Positions 49,540 through 58,142 of a stretch of 64,000 nt of DNA are shown in pieces. Both the position numbers and the translations under genes were made by a program. Numbering within the stretch: position 1 is the first letter of the stretch; each line of letters opens with the position of its first letter. The notes under the pieces were generated by a model. The model searched no databases. It had not been told where the DNA came from and saw nothing but the letters and a program-made list of their open reading frames with translations. Origin of the DNA: Spirochaetota bacterium (GTDB lineage: Bacteria > Spirochaetota > UBA12135 > COTS27); the NCBI GenBank assembly GCA_965249715.1, contig CBDFMP010000047.1:128362-192361 (forward strand). Reading direction: 5' to 3'.

Positions 49540-50205
49540 TCAAGTTGTCTATTGAAATAAAGAGACTCATGCTTTGCAGCTCTTGTTTGAGTAGTTGAAT
49601 AGTATAACGCAGGTCTAAGGTGTTGCGCTTGCGACTGAGCTATTCCGTGACGGTTTGCGCGGCACTGCCATCCATGACAGGGTGAAGTTTGTCGGCATCA
49701 AGAAATGTGTACTGCAATGTGTGGGCAAAAGTAAAAAACGGATTGCCTACAGAATTGATGACACAGCTGCAGCAAGCCGCCACGCGTTAATCTCAGTTGG
49801 TGCTACTTGCAATACAAACTTAGCTTAGAATACATATTCTAAACCCAGTTTCAGTAACCGCAATGTATCGCTCAGGTAAGGGATATTGCGGTAGTTTTCA
49901 TCGGTGATCAAGTTGTCTATTGAAATAAAGAGACTTATGCTTTGCAGCTCTTGTTTGAGTAGTTGAATAGTATAACGCAGGTCTAAGGCGTTACGCTCGC
50001 GACTAATATATTCCGTGACAGTTTGTGCGGCACTGTCATCCAGGACAGCAAAATAGTCGCGGTAACGATAGCGGTAGGTTACCGTCAAGTGTGAGTGTAA
50101 AATATTTTCTTTCAGCTTAAATTCTGTTGTCATTGCCAGGACAGGGTGAAGTTTGTCAGCATCAAGAAATGTGTACTGCAATGTGTGGGCAAATGTAAAA
50201 AACGG
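49469..50205. repeat. Tandem duplication across the thioesterase/OMP convergent junction, with two internal deletions in copy 1
   Basis: 49469-49516 matches 49741-49789. 49516-49672 matches 49885-50043. 49673-49741 matches 50138-50205. Copy 1 lacks the equivalents of 49790-49884 and 50044-50137. Confidence 0.9.
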
Positions 50206-51654
50206 CAAGATGGAAATTCGCAGCTTGTTGAGCAGCTTTGCGCTGTGGTAAGGAGCGCTTAGGCTTGCGGGGATGATATGGAGCACTGCCAGCTGCTCAG
50301 ACGTCAATGCTAAGTGTTCAATGTCGCTCAAATAAAGGCGATGCCCGCCGCTAAGCTCCCAGTGAAGAAGTGTTTGATAACGAACAGCTAAGCTGAAAAA
50401 ATTGCTGAAGTAACGATTGACAATGGGAAATACATTTTCAGCAAATGGCAATGGATGGTGCTCAATGTAAAAATATTCGCCCGCTGTACGTTCAGCAATG
50501 CCATCAATGCCAAAATGCAACTGGACATTGCTGCTAAGCGGTACGGTGAAAGTCATTTGCGGCAGGATGGGGTTGATGCTGTGCCGCTGACTTCCCTCAG
50601 TGTTTTCCAAACGATAAGCCGCGCGGATGCCCAGCTGCAGGGTGAATGCTGAATGCTGAAATTCATAAGTGAATACGGGCGAAAGTAAAAATTCTAAACG
50701 CGTTTCGCCGATAAAACTGCCAAGATCAAGTGCCAACTTGGTTGTGAACGCGTGTTGAATATTTTTATTGAAACTCAGCGCCAGCTGGAAATTGTCTTCA
50801 AAATAATGCATGTTTCGCATAACATCGTCTGTTTGTCCGCGTAAGAATTGGCTTCCATAGTACAGTGTCGATGCTCCGCTTAATAAAAGTTCTGAGACCT
50901 GTGTGCTGGGCAAGGGGATATTGAAATGATAACGAAATGTGGTTTGAAAAAGTGATTGTCTCAGGTTTGTTGCGGGCGACTCTGTGTTTGCGGTGCTAAG
51001 TGTGAAGTCTTGCAGACCGCTGATGGTACTTTGGTGTTTGAGCTGCAGCGTATGGCGATTGTCCGCCAGACTGATGATTTGCTCTAAAAACAATTCAGTC
51101 ACTTCACTGTTTGGAATTGCGTGGATGCCGCCGGTCGTTAATTGGCTGAGCGCCTTGGCATGGCGCGTTGCCAGCTGAAATGCCAGCAGGTTGTTGGAGA
51201 AATAATTGTAAAGCGCCGCTTCAACTACTATTGTGTTTTGCGCACCGAAGGCAATGCTGAGCTCATTGTAGCGCAATTTAGCAGCTTTTTCGTTGTCATC
51301 GCTGGAAGGGCGCTCTGCAATGAAACTCAAGCTGCTTGTGACAAAGTCTAAACTAGCCGCTTCATCTAAGCCCAAATAACGATGTTCGCGTTGATACGGC
51401 GATAATTCCTGCTGATATTCGGTGCGTTTGAGACTTTCCAGCCGCAAGGAACGTTCGGTGAGCGTACTGGCGGCATTAGGCGTTAGTGTAAGTGTATCAA
51501 TGGGCTCCTGAGCGTTTGCTGGCATACTGAGCAATACCAGCAGTACTGACGCGCTTACAACCTTCAGCATGCCGTTGCGTTTGTGTGAAACTACAATGTG
51601 GGAAAAAAATAACATGGCGAGTGTTCGGACGATGCGTGCCAGCTGGAACATCAA
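49825..51654 (-). CDS. Hypothetical outer-membrane beta-barrel-like protein
   Basis: 609 aa with an internal Met at 51570 followed by a signal peptide (MLKVVSASVLLVLLSMPANA-QEP). It shows an alternating-hydrophobic pattern and a C-terminal LKLGLEYVF with terminal Phe. Confidence 0.45.
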   Translation of the reverse strand: MMFQLARIVRTLAMLFFSHIVVSHKRNGMLKVVSASVLLVLLSMPANAQEPIDTLTLTPNAASTLTERSLRLESLKRTEYQQELSPYQREHRYLGLDEAASLDFVTSSLSFIAERPSSDDNEKAAKLRYNELSIAFGAQNTIVVEAALYNYFSNNLLAFQLATRHAKALSQLTTGGIHAIPNSEVTELFLEQIISLADNRHTLQLKHQSTISGLQDFTLSTANTESPATNLRQSLFQTTFRYHFNIPLPSTQVSELLLSGASTLYYGSQFLRGQTDDVMRNMHYFEDNFQLALSFNKNIQHAFTTKLALDLGSFIGETRLEFLLSPVFTYEFQHSAFTLQLGIRAAYRLENTEGSQRHSINPILPQMTFTVPLSSNVQLHFGIDGIAERTAGEYFYIEHHPLPFAENVFPIVNRYFSNFFSLAVRYQTLLHWELSGGHRLYLSDIEHLALTSEQLAVLHIIPASLSAPYHSAKLLNKLRISILPFFTFAHTLQYTFLDADKLHPVLAMTTEFKLKENILHSHLTVTYRYRYRDYFAVLDDSAAQTVTEYISRERNALDLRYTIQLLKQELQSISLFISIDNLITDENYRNIPYLSDTLRLLKLGLEYVF

Positions 51655-53360
51655 TCGAGCTGTTCTAAATAAAGTGATTGTGGAAAACTTGTTTTCAATT
51701 TTTCTTTAAAGCGTGCGCTATCGCGCGCTTTCTGCTGGTGGGTGGCACTCTGTGCGGCAGCGTAGTATAAAAATTCCAAATGCACTTGTTCATCGCCAAA
51801 ATAATCGCTCAGAAAATAAGCTAATGACAATTCATACAGCTTGTCATAGTGTCCGGCACTTAAAAGCGCCTTCATGAGCTCAATAGAAACGACCTTAGCC
51901 ACTGGCCACAGCTCACGGGCATAAACAAGATAAGCCATAGCCTCATCCAATTCCCGTGCAGCAATATGCAAGCGCACAATGCGTTCAGCTCCTTCAGCTT
52001 TCAGTGCAGGTGCATTCAAGGTGCTCAGTTTATCCTTAAGCTCAGCAACTGTCTTCAGGTCAGCAAAGGGACTGCCGGCAGTGAAGCGGTCAATGCGTTC
52101 AATATTTTCTGTCGCTTGTTTATGCAAAGTGTCTATAAATGCAATGCTCTCAGGAAATTGTTTACGGATGGCAGGAACATGTTTGATAATTTTCTGAAAT
52201 TGTCCGTGCGCCACTGTCAAGTTGCCTGCTATTTGTGAATTGAGAATGGCGGCTTCTGTACAAGCTTCCAAGTAAAGCGGTGTGAGCTGCGCAGCGGCTT
52301 CACTTTTGCTGATGACGGCGTGCAGCCAAGTGAGTGCCTCCGCCTGTTCTTGCGATGTTTGCAATTTCAATTTGGCAAGCGCGCCATAAAACCGCGCGTT
52401 GAGTTCCCAACTGAGTTTTTTTGTTGTTTGTGCCTGAGCAATGGACGCTGTGTACACGCGTACAGCAGAGTGCCAGTCCTTGTTGCGATAAAAAAAGTCG
52501 GCAATAGCAGCGTAACTGTCTTCAATGTAAACGCTTTGTGGAAAACGCAGTTCCAATTTGCCGAGAAAATAAAAAGCTTCGCTGGGAGCATTGCTTTTTA
52601 ATTTTACGCGAATGCGTTCGTAATAAGCTTGTTCAAGAATTTCAGCCGGCGGCAGCGTATCGGGATGCTCTTCGGCATTGATAATGCGGATGTATGTTGC
52701 CAGCGCTTTGTTGTACTTGGTTTGATTGAAATAAATATTGGCGAGCTGCAGCAAGGCTTGATAATAGCTGTTGAGGTCTTGCGGGTTCACGCGTTCTAAT
52801 TCTAGGGCGCTGCGTCTGAGCTGATCTGCGCGGAAATAAATTTCTGCGCGTTTGAGCTGTAGGTGATTTTGTGCGGGAATGTCTAACAAGATTTGTGCGG
52901 CGCTGAGCGCTTGCGCGTATTCCGCTAAAGCTTGTTCAGGCTGCGCAAGGTGAATTTCATAAAGCTTGCCCAAGTGTAAGTATGTTTGATAACGTAGCTC
53001 GGTGATGGCACGCGGGGTTAAGGCAGCCGTAACATCATCCGCCAGTGTGGCTGCAGTCGTTAGTAAATTTAAAACTTGACGATAATAAACGATCGCTTTA
53101 TCCGTTGTTCCAGCAATACTGGCAAGTTCTCCCAAGTGGAAAATTGCCTTCACTTGTAAATCCAAGGGTGCGTTGGCTGCGTTGCGTTCATAATAGCGGC
53201 GGGCGGCAGTTGGTTTAGCTTGCCGCAAATAACTAAAGCCGATCAGCTCTGTCAGATAGGCGTACTCACGCGGCTGGTCCAATGCAGCCAGGCGAGGTTC
53301 AAACTTTAGTGCATGGGTTAACGCATCGTTGTAGCGGTTTTTTTTCAATGAACGCTTCAA
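51651..53360 (-). CDS. TPR-repeat protein, C-terminal portion of a probably frameshift-split gene
   Basis: 569 aa, TPR-like (repeated AxxYYxxA/LG patterns). Its only start is a TTG beside the A8 tract, and there is no ATG codon for roughly the first 470 codons. Confidence 0.6.
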   Translation of the reverse strand: MKRSLKKNRYNDALTHALKFEPRLAALDQPREYAYLTELIGFSYLRQAKPTAARRYYERNAANAPLDLQVKAIFHLGELASIAGTTDKAIVYYRQVLNLLTTAATLADDVTAALTPRAITELRYQTYLHLGKLYEIHLAQPEQALAEYAQALSAAQILLDIPAQNHLQLKRAEIYFRADQLRRSALELERVNPQDLNSYYQALLQLANIYFNQTKYNKALATYIRIINAEEHPDTLPPAEILEQAYYERIRVKLKSNAPSEAFYFLGKLELRFPQSVYIEDSYAAIADFFYRNKDWHSAVRVYTASIAQAQTTKKLSWELNARFYGALAKLKLQTSQEQAEALTWLHAVISKSEAAAQLTPLYLEACTEAAILNSQIAGNLTVAHGQFQKIIKHVPAIRKQFPESIAFIDTLHKQATENIERIDRFTAGSPFADLKTVAELKDKLSTLNAPALKAEGAERIVRLHIAARELDEAMAYLVYARELWPVAKVVSIELMKALLSAGHYDKLYELSLAYFLSDYFGDEQVHLEFLYYAAAQSATHQQKARDSARFKEKLKTSFPQSLYLEQLD

Positions 53361-54843
53361 TCAGCGCGAACATAAAACGCGGCTCGCCGCTTAGCTGATG
53401 CCCGGTTATAAAGAAGCGAATAGCCGTGTTTAGCTTGTCATTTTTATAATAATTATTGGCAACCGTAAAATAGAGCTTAGCAAGCTGTGCAGCATCAGTT
53501 TCAAGTGTGGCATATTCCTCCAGTCGGACACGCAAAAGTGCTGTGGGATCGTTTACAAAATCAAAGACACGCCCTGTGCGGCTTATAAATTGAATACTTT
53601 GTTTCAATGCCCGGCGGCGGCGTTCAGCTGTATCCGCCAGGCGCAGCAATTCTTCGGTTGTTTCCAGCAGCGCGGTTTCATCGTTGCTGAGTTTATAAAG
53701 CGTGAGGGCTATTTCATGCGCACGATAGTGATAGGCACGCAGCTCGTAGCTGGTCAATACCTGTTTCAGAGTTTTGACTGCCAGGATGGGTTGCTGGGTT
53801 TGTTGATAAGCAAGGGCAAGCTGCAGCTGCGCTTCCACGGCATAAGAACTTAGTGGCAGCGTGTTTTCATCAGCTGCCAGCTCGCGTAAATATCGTTTAT
53901 ATCCGACAATGGCACGTGCATAGTCTGCGCGCAGATAGCTGAGCTGTACTTGAAAGAACTTCAATTCAGCTTGCAGTGCGGGGTCATCCGTAGCATACAG
54001 CGTCTCGGTGATCACGGTTTCTGCTTGTGCGTAAGCTTTTGCTGCCAAGTAGCTTTTGATGAGTGTGATGCGCGTGGCTGTTTGCGTAAACAGCTTGAGC
54101 GGATAGCTTAATGCCTGCTGGTAGCTGTCCGCGGCGGCTGCAGCATCGCCTTTTTGGGTCAATAAATTTCCCTGCAATACTAAGATATCGCCTGTTGGTA
54201 CGATGTTTGCCGCACGCGCATCCACTGAGAGCTTGCTGCTGATTTTGCTGTTTAATTGTTGCAGCAGCGCATTGAAAGCTTCCAGTTTGGCGGGTGCACT
54301 TTCTATTGCACTGAGTGTTTCCACACTAAGCAGCATGATGCGCAGTACGGTCTTTATCGTTGTTTGTGTGTACCCTGCTGCGGGAGCCGCTGTTTCGGCA
54401 AAAACATTCAGGACAGCGGCGCCATTGCTGAACGCTGCGCTCAGCTTGCCCTGTTCCTGCAATGCTAAGCTGAGGTGGTATTGTGCGGGCAGCTTATAAC
54501 GGGAGGTTGGAAATTCCGTGAGGAAACGGCTAAGCCGCTGTTCCGCTTGTTCTAATGGGAGTTTAGCTGTGCCGGCATTGGCACTTGCAGCAGTGTTGTT
54601 ATAAAGTAGACTCAACGCGCTGTAATACGCAGCTGTTTCTAATTCTGCCAGCGTATGTTGGTGTGGAGCGGCGATGACCTTTTTGTATTGGGTGAATGCA
54701 AAATCGTATAGTCCCTCGGTAAACGCTTTTTCGGCGAGTTTGAAATTAGCCTGCAACAGTTGGGGCAGACTTAGCCAGGTTAGTAAGATCCATAATCCTG
54801 CCAGCCAGCGGTGGTGCCAATTTTTACAAAATATAACGAACAT
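53299..54843 (-). CDS. TPR-repeat protein, N-terminal portion (signal/TM + TPRs) of the split gene
   Basis: 514 aa with an N-terminal hydrophobic segment (WLAGLWILLTWLSLPQLLQA) and TPR-like repeats. It ends 13 codons after the A8 tract. Confidence 0.6.
   Translation of the reverse strand: MFVIFCKNWHHRWLAGLWILLTWLSLPQLLQANFKLAEKAFTEGLYDFAFTQYKKVIAAPHQHTLAELETAAYYSALSLLYNNTAASANAGTAKLPLEQAEQRLSRFLTEFPTSRYKLPAQYHLSLALQEQGKLSAAFSNGAAVLNVFAETAAPAAGYTQTTIKTVLRIMLLSVETLSAIESAPAKLEAFNALLQQLNSKISSKLSVDARAANIVPTGDILVLQGNLLTQKGDAAAAADSYQQALSYPLKLFTQTATRITLIKSYLAAKAYAQAETVITETLYATDDPALQAELKFFQVQLSYLRADYARAIVGYKRYLRELAADENTLPLSSYAVEAQLQLALAYQQTQQPILAVKTLKQVLTSYELRAYHYRAHEIALTLYKLSNDETALLETTEELLRLADTAERRRRALKQSIQFISRTGRVFDFVNDPTALLRVRLEEYATLETDAAQLAKLYFTVANNYYKNDKLNTAIRFFITGHQLSGEPRFMFALIEAFIEKKPLQRCVNPCTKV
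53338..53345 (-). other. A8 homopolymer (T8 on + strand) at the junction of the two TPR ORFs
   Basis: The coding strand reads ATT GAA AAA AAA CCG. Loss of one A gives ATT GAA AAA AAC CGC TAC, which is the frame of the downstream ORF (KNRYNDALT). Confidence 0.85.
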
Positions 54844-54937
54844 CGTGAAACTCAGCTGCTAAAATAAAGTGCAAGCTGTTCATGTTTTATAAGCTTTTTT
54901 ATGTGCAACGAAGTGTTCCCGTTAGTTGCGCACCAGC

Positions 54938-55936
54938 TTAAAGGGTTAAATTGCCTGTGGCGATGAGCTCAGCAGGCCCGGTCATGAACACCGCTGGCAG
55001 CACTGATGTCTGCATTGGCAGAGACAGTCCCGCCCAATCAATAAGCAACTCGCCTCCCAATAACTTCATGTTAAGGGAAGGCAGGGTGTTGGGTGCGGGA
55101 GTTCCAGCGGGGTTAAGTGTTTTAAAGGCTGCGGGCAATTCAGGGATTGCTGAGCGCGCAGCAGGCGGCAGTGTTTGCAAAATGTTCAGAACAACCGCGG
55201 CAGCGCAAGCACCAGTGCCGCAAGCACGCGTTTCACCTACGCCGCGTTCAATCACGCGCAGTGCCGCCGCAGTTGGAGTTTTGTTTTGCCATGTTAGAAA
55301 TCCCACATTGACGCCCTGCGGAAAAAGCTCCTGTTTTTGTTGCAGCATCGCAGCAATGCCCGCAAGCTCTGTCGTTTGCAGCGAAACAACGGGAATGACA
55401 GCATGGGGATTGCCCATGGACACAAAAAAAACTGCGTATTCGTTAAAATTGAAATATTGTAGTGGAGTGGCGGTGACTGTTTGTTTGGTGGGCGGTGTGA
55501 ATGCTGTACTGGTAAAGCTGGGGGCGCCCATCGTCACTTTTACAGTGGCACTGAGTGCATTTTCCGTTAACCGGTTGCAGTGGATAAGTCCAGCAGGGGT
55601 TTCTAAGCTGCAGGCGGCTTCGCATTGCAGCTTGGTAGCGAATAAATAATGACTGACGCAGCGAACGGCATTGCCGCACATTTCGGCGGTACTACCATCA
55701 CCTGCATTGTAAATTTGCAACTTAAAGTTTGCTTGCGGGTGCGTGCTGTGTTGAATGAGCACAAGTCCGTCAGCTCCCAGTCCATGCTCGCGACTGCAGA
55801 CACGGATAATAGTCTCAGGGTTTGCTGCCAGCGTTTCGCCGGCAATGCCTGCTAAATCGCTGATTATGATGAAACTGTTGCCAGTTCCATGCATTTTTGT
55901 GAATGTCAGTTCAAGCGATGGCAAATTCATGGGCAC
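54938..55936 (-). CDS. dapF: Diaminopimelate epimerase
   Basis: 332 aa with FTKMHGTGNSFIII, the first catalytic Cys in AEMCGNAVRC and the second in ETRACGTGACAAA. Confidence 0.88.
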   Translation of the reverse strand: MPMNLPSLELTFTKMHGTGNSFIIISDLAGIAGETLAANPETIIRVCSREHGLGADGLVLIQHSTHPQANFKLQIYNAGDGSTAEMCGNAVRCVSHYLFATKLQCEAACSLETPAGLIHCNRLTENALSATVKVTMGAPSFTSTAFTPPTKQTVTATPLQYFNFNEYAVFFVSMGNPHAVIPVVSLQTTELAGIAAMLQQKQELFPQGVNVGFLTWQNKTPTAAALRVIERGVGETRACGTGACAAAVVLNILQTLPPAARSAIPELPAAFKTLNPAGTPAPNTLPSLNMKLLGGELLIDWAGLSLPMQTSVLPAVFMTGPAELIATGNLTL

Positions 55937-56006
55937 TGCGAAACATAAACATCAATGATCGCTCACCCATTTTGACAATGGAGCAAAATACTAAGCTGAA
56001 GTGCAG

Positions 56007-56606
56007 TTATTTTGAATAGTATTCAATGATCAATGCTTCATTCAGCTTAAACGGGTAATCAATTTCTTCGCGTTCAGGTACACGTTCAAATTTTCCAGTC
56101 AACGTTTGATTATCAATGAAAACATAAGGCGGTAACGAGCGCTCAGGTTTGTTGATATGTTCCTGAACTAACTTCATTTGTCGTGACTTTTCTTTGACGG
56201 CTACTTCATCGCCATCTTTTAAAAGATAAGATGGAATATTCACGCGTTTGCCATTGATCAGAATATGTCCATGGCTAACCAGTTGACGCGCTGCGAAAAT
56301 AGTGACAGCGATGTTGAGCCGATAGACCGCAACATCCAAACGCCGTTCTAGCAACATAAGGAAATTATTACCAACATTTCCACCTTTCCGCCGCGCTTCC
56401 TTGAAATAGCCCTTAAATTGCTTTTCACGAATGCCGCCGTAGAAATAACGCAATTTCTGCTTTTCCTCCAACTGAAGTGAAAAGTCAGATTTCTTACGCC
56501 CGCGCAGAGGTACACGCCTTGTTCCCAAGGGACTGACCGGCCTACCCCAAAGATTTTCTTTGAAACGCTTGGCAATTTTATGCCTGGGACCGTGATATCC
56601 TGCCAT
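56007..56606 (-). CDS. rpsD: 30S ribosomal protein S4
   Basis: 199 aa with MAGYHGPRHKIAKRF..., an S4 RNA-binding domain (RLDVAVYRLNIAVTIFAARQLVSHGHILINGKRVNIPSY). Confidence 0.92.
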   Translation of the reverse strand: MAGYHGPRHKIAKRFKENLWGRPVSPLGTRRVPLRGRKKSDFSLQLEEKQKLRYFYGGIREKQFKGYFKEARRKGGNVGNNFLMLLERRLDVAVYRLNIAVTIFAARQLVSHGHILINGKRVNIPSYLLKDGDEVAVKEKSRQMKLVQEHINKPERSLPPYVFIDNQTLTGKFERVPEREEIDYPFKLNEALIIEYYSK

Positions 56607-57134
56607 TTGTTGTTAGTATCAATAAAAATGCTGTTATAAAATTGTCAATATTTTACGTTGAGTAAACACAACCGCTTACTTACATAATAGATATTATAAT
56701 ATGAAAATGCAATCAGGGTAAAAAAATTGTTGTTTGAGTCATAATATCAGCTAATCGCCAAGCAATTGCTAACTAATCGCCAAGCAATCGGCCGCTAATC
56801 ACCGATTGAGCGATGGTTGAGCGGTAGCGCCAATCACCAGTCAACAGTAGCCGCTTGTTAGCTGAACGACCGTTATCGCTCTGGAACAATTGCTTTTGTC
56901 AGAAAGTCCGTTTGCCATTTTTCTCTCGGTTCGTGTGTTCGTGCTGCTGGCATTAGTTTTGCCAGTATAAAAGTTGACAAACATTGCAGCCTTGGAACTT
57001 CTGCTGACGCTGGTGCAGGGTTAGGCTTTATTGTTTGGGGTTTAGCTTGATCATCTTGCAGCGCGGCTGGGTACGCTCAGTACTGTACCTTCATTGTACA
57101 ATTAATCTATCATTAATCGCTAAGCCCGCTGGTT

Positions 57135-58121
57135 TTGGGGCGTTCCGAGTGGGTGAAATTGACGCACGAAATTAAAATGTTCACAAAACACTCAATTGCT
57201 GTTATTGCTGCAACACTCAGTTTTGTTTCGTATCTGAGTTATACGGTTATGGATATCGGCATCCAACACCTGATCAAAGAACTGAGTCTCTACCAAATCA
57301 TGTTTCTTAATAGTTTTTTTGCACTTGTGTTTATGGTTTTAGCAAGCTTAGGCACTTATTGGCTGAAAAATAACCATAACGGGGAGCTTGTCGCGAAATT
57401 TTGGCGCTTTTTAAGCAATTGGCGTCCGCGGCGTTACGGTCTGCATATTGCCATGGGTGCTGTGCTGCTGCTCTCTGATATTCTTATTTTTCTCAGTCTG
57501 CGCTATCATTCACTGGCAGAAATGTACACCTTGGTGTTAACAACACCACTGTTCGCCGCGCTCCTGGCGCGCTTGATTTATAAGGAAATGATTTCTGTTC
57601 CGAAATGGTTGTGCATCGGCGGCGGTTTTGTGGTATCCGTGTGGGTACTCAGTCCCTCGTACGGAGGTTTTTCATTGGTACTGGCGGGCGTGCTTTTTGC
57701 TGCATTCATGTTTGCCTTGTGGTTCCTGCTGATAAAATATTATGCACCCGATGAGAGTGTTATGGCACTGTTTCTCTCTTCGCGGATTTTGGGCGTTATT
57801 GTTCTGGCGATTCCGAGTTTGTTATTTTGGCAGCCACTCACAGAGGGACAGCTTATCGTGAATATTGGCAACGGCTTATGTTACTTCTTAGGCTACGTTT
57901 TTATCATCGTTGCAACACGTATAGGCGCAGTCAGTACCGTTGCTTCGCTCAATTATACACAGCTGCCTATGGGCATTGCCGCGGATGCACTGCTTTACAG
58001 CATTTATCCCAGTTTGGGGTTACTTTGTGCGGGCACGCTGATTGTGTTTGCGGGGTTGAGCGTGGTGATGATCGATAGCCGTGCTGAACGGCTGCAGCTG
58101 CTTGGGAGCGGCAATAGTTAA
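57135..58121 (+). CDS. EamA/DMT-superfamily transporter
   Basis: About 10 TM helices in two similar halves. The start is uncertain (TTG at 57135 or ATG at 57177). Confidence 0.55.
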   Translation: MGRSEWVKLTHEIKMFTKHSIAVIAATLSFVSYLSYTVMDIGIQHLIKELSLYQIMFLNSFFALVFMVLASLGTYWLKNNHNGELVAKFWRFLSNWRPRRYGLHIAMGAVLLLSDILIFLSLRYHSLAEMYTLVLTTPLFAALLARLIYKEMISVPKWLCIGGGFVVSVWVLSPSYGGFSLVLAGVLFAAFMFALWFLLIKYYAPDESVMALFLSSRILGVIVLAIPSLLFWQPLTEGQLIVNIGNGLCYFLGYVFIIVATRIGAVSTVASLNYTQLPMGIAADALLYSIYPSLGLLCAGTLIVFAGLSVVMIDSRAERLQLLGSGNS

Positions 58122-58142
58122 GAATAGTTAAGAATAGTTAAG
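58113..58142. repeat. 3 x 10-bp tandem repeat (aatagttaag) bridging the DMT stop and the uvrC start
   Basis: Perfect copies lie at 58113-58122, 58123-58132 and 58133-58142. The first contains the DMT TAA stop. The last abuts the GTG at 58143. Confidence 0.9.
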
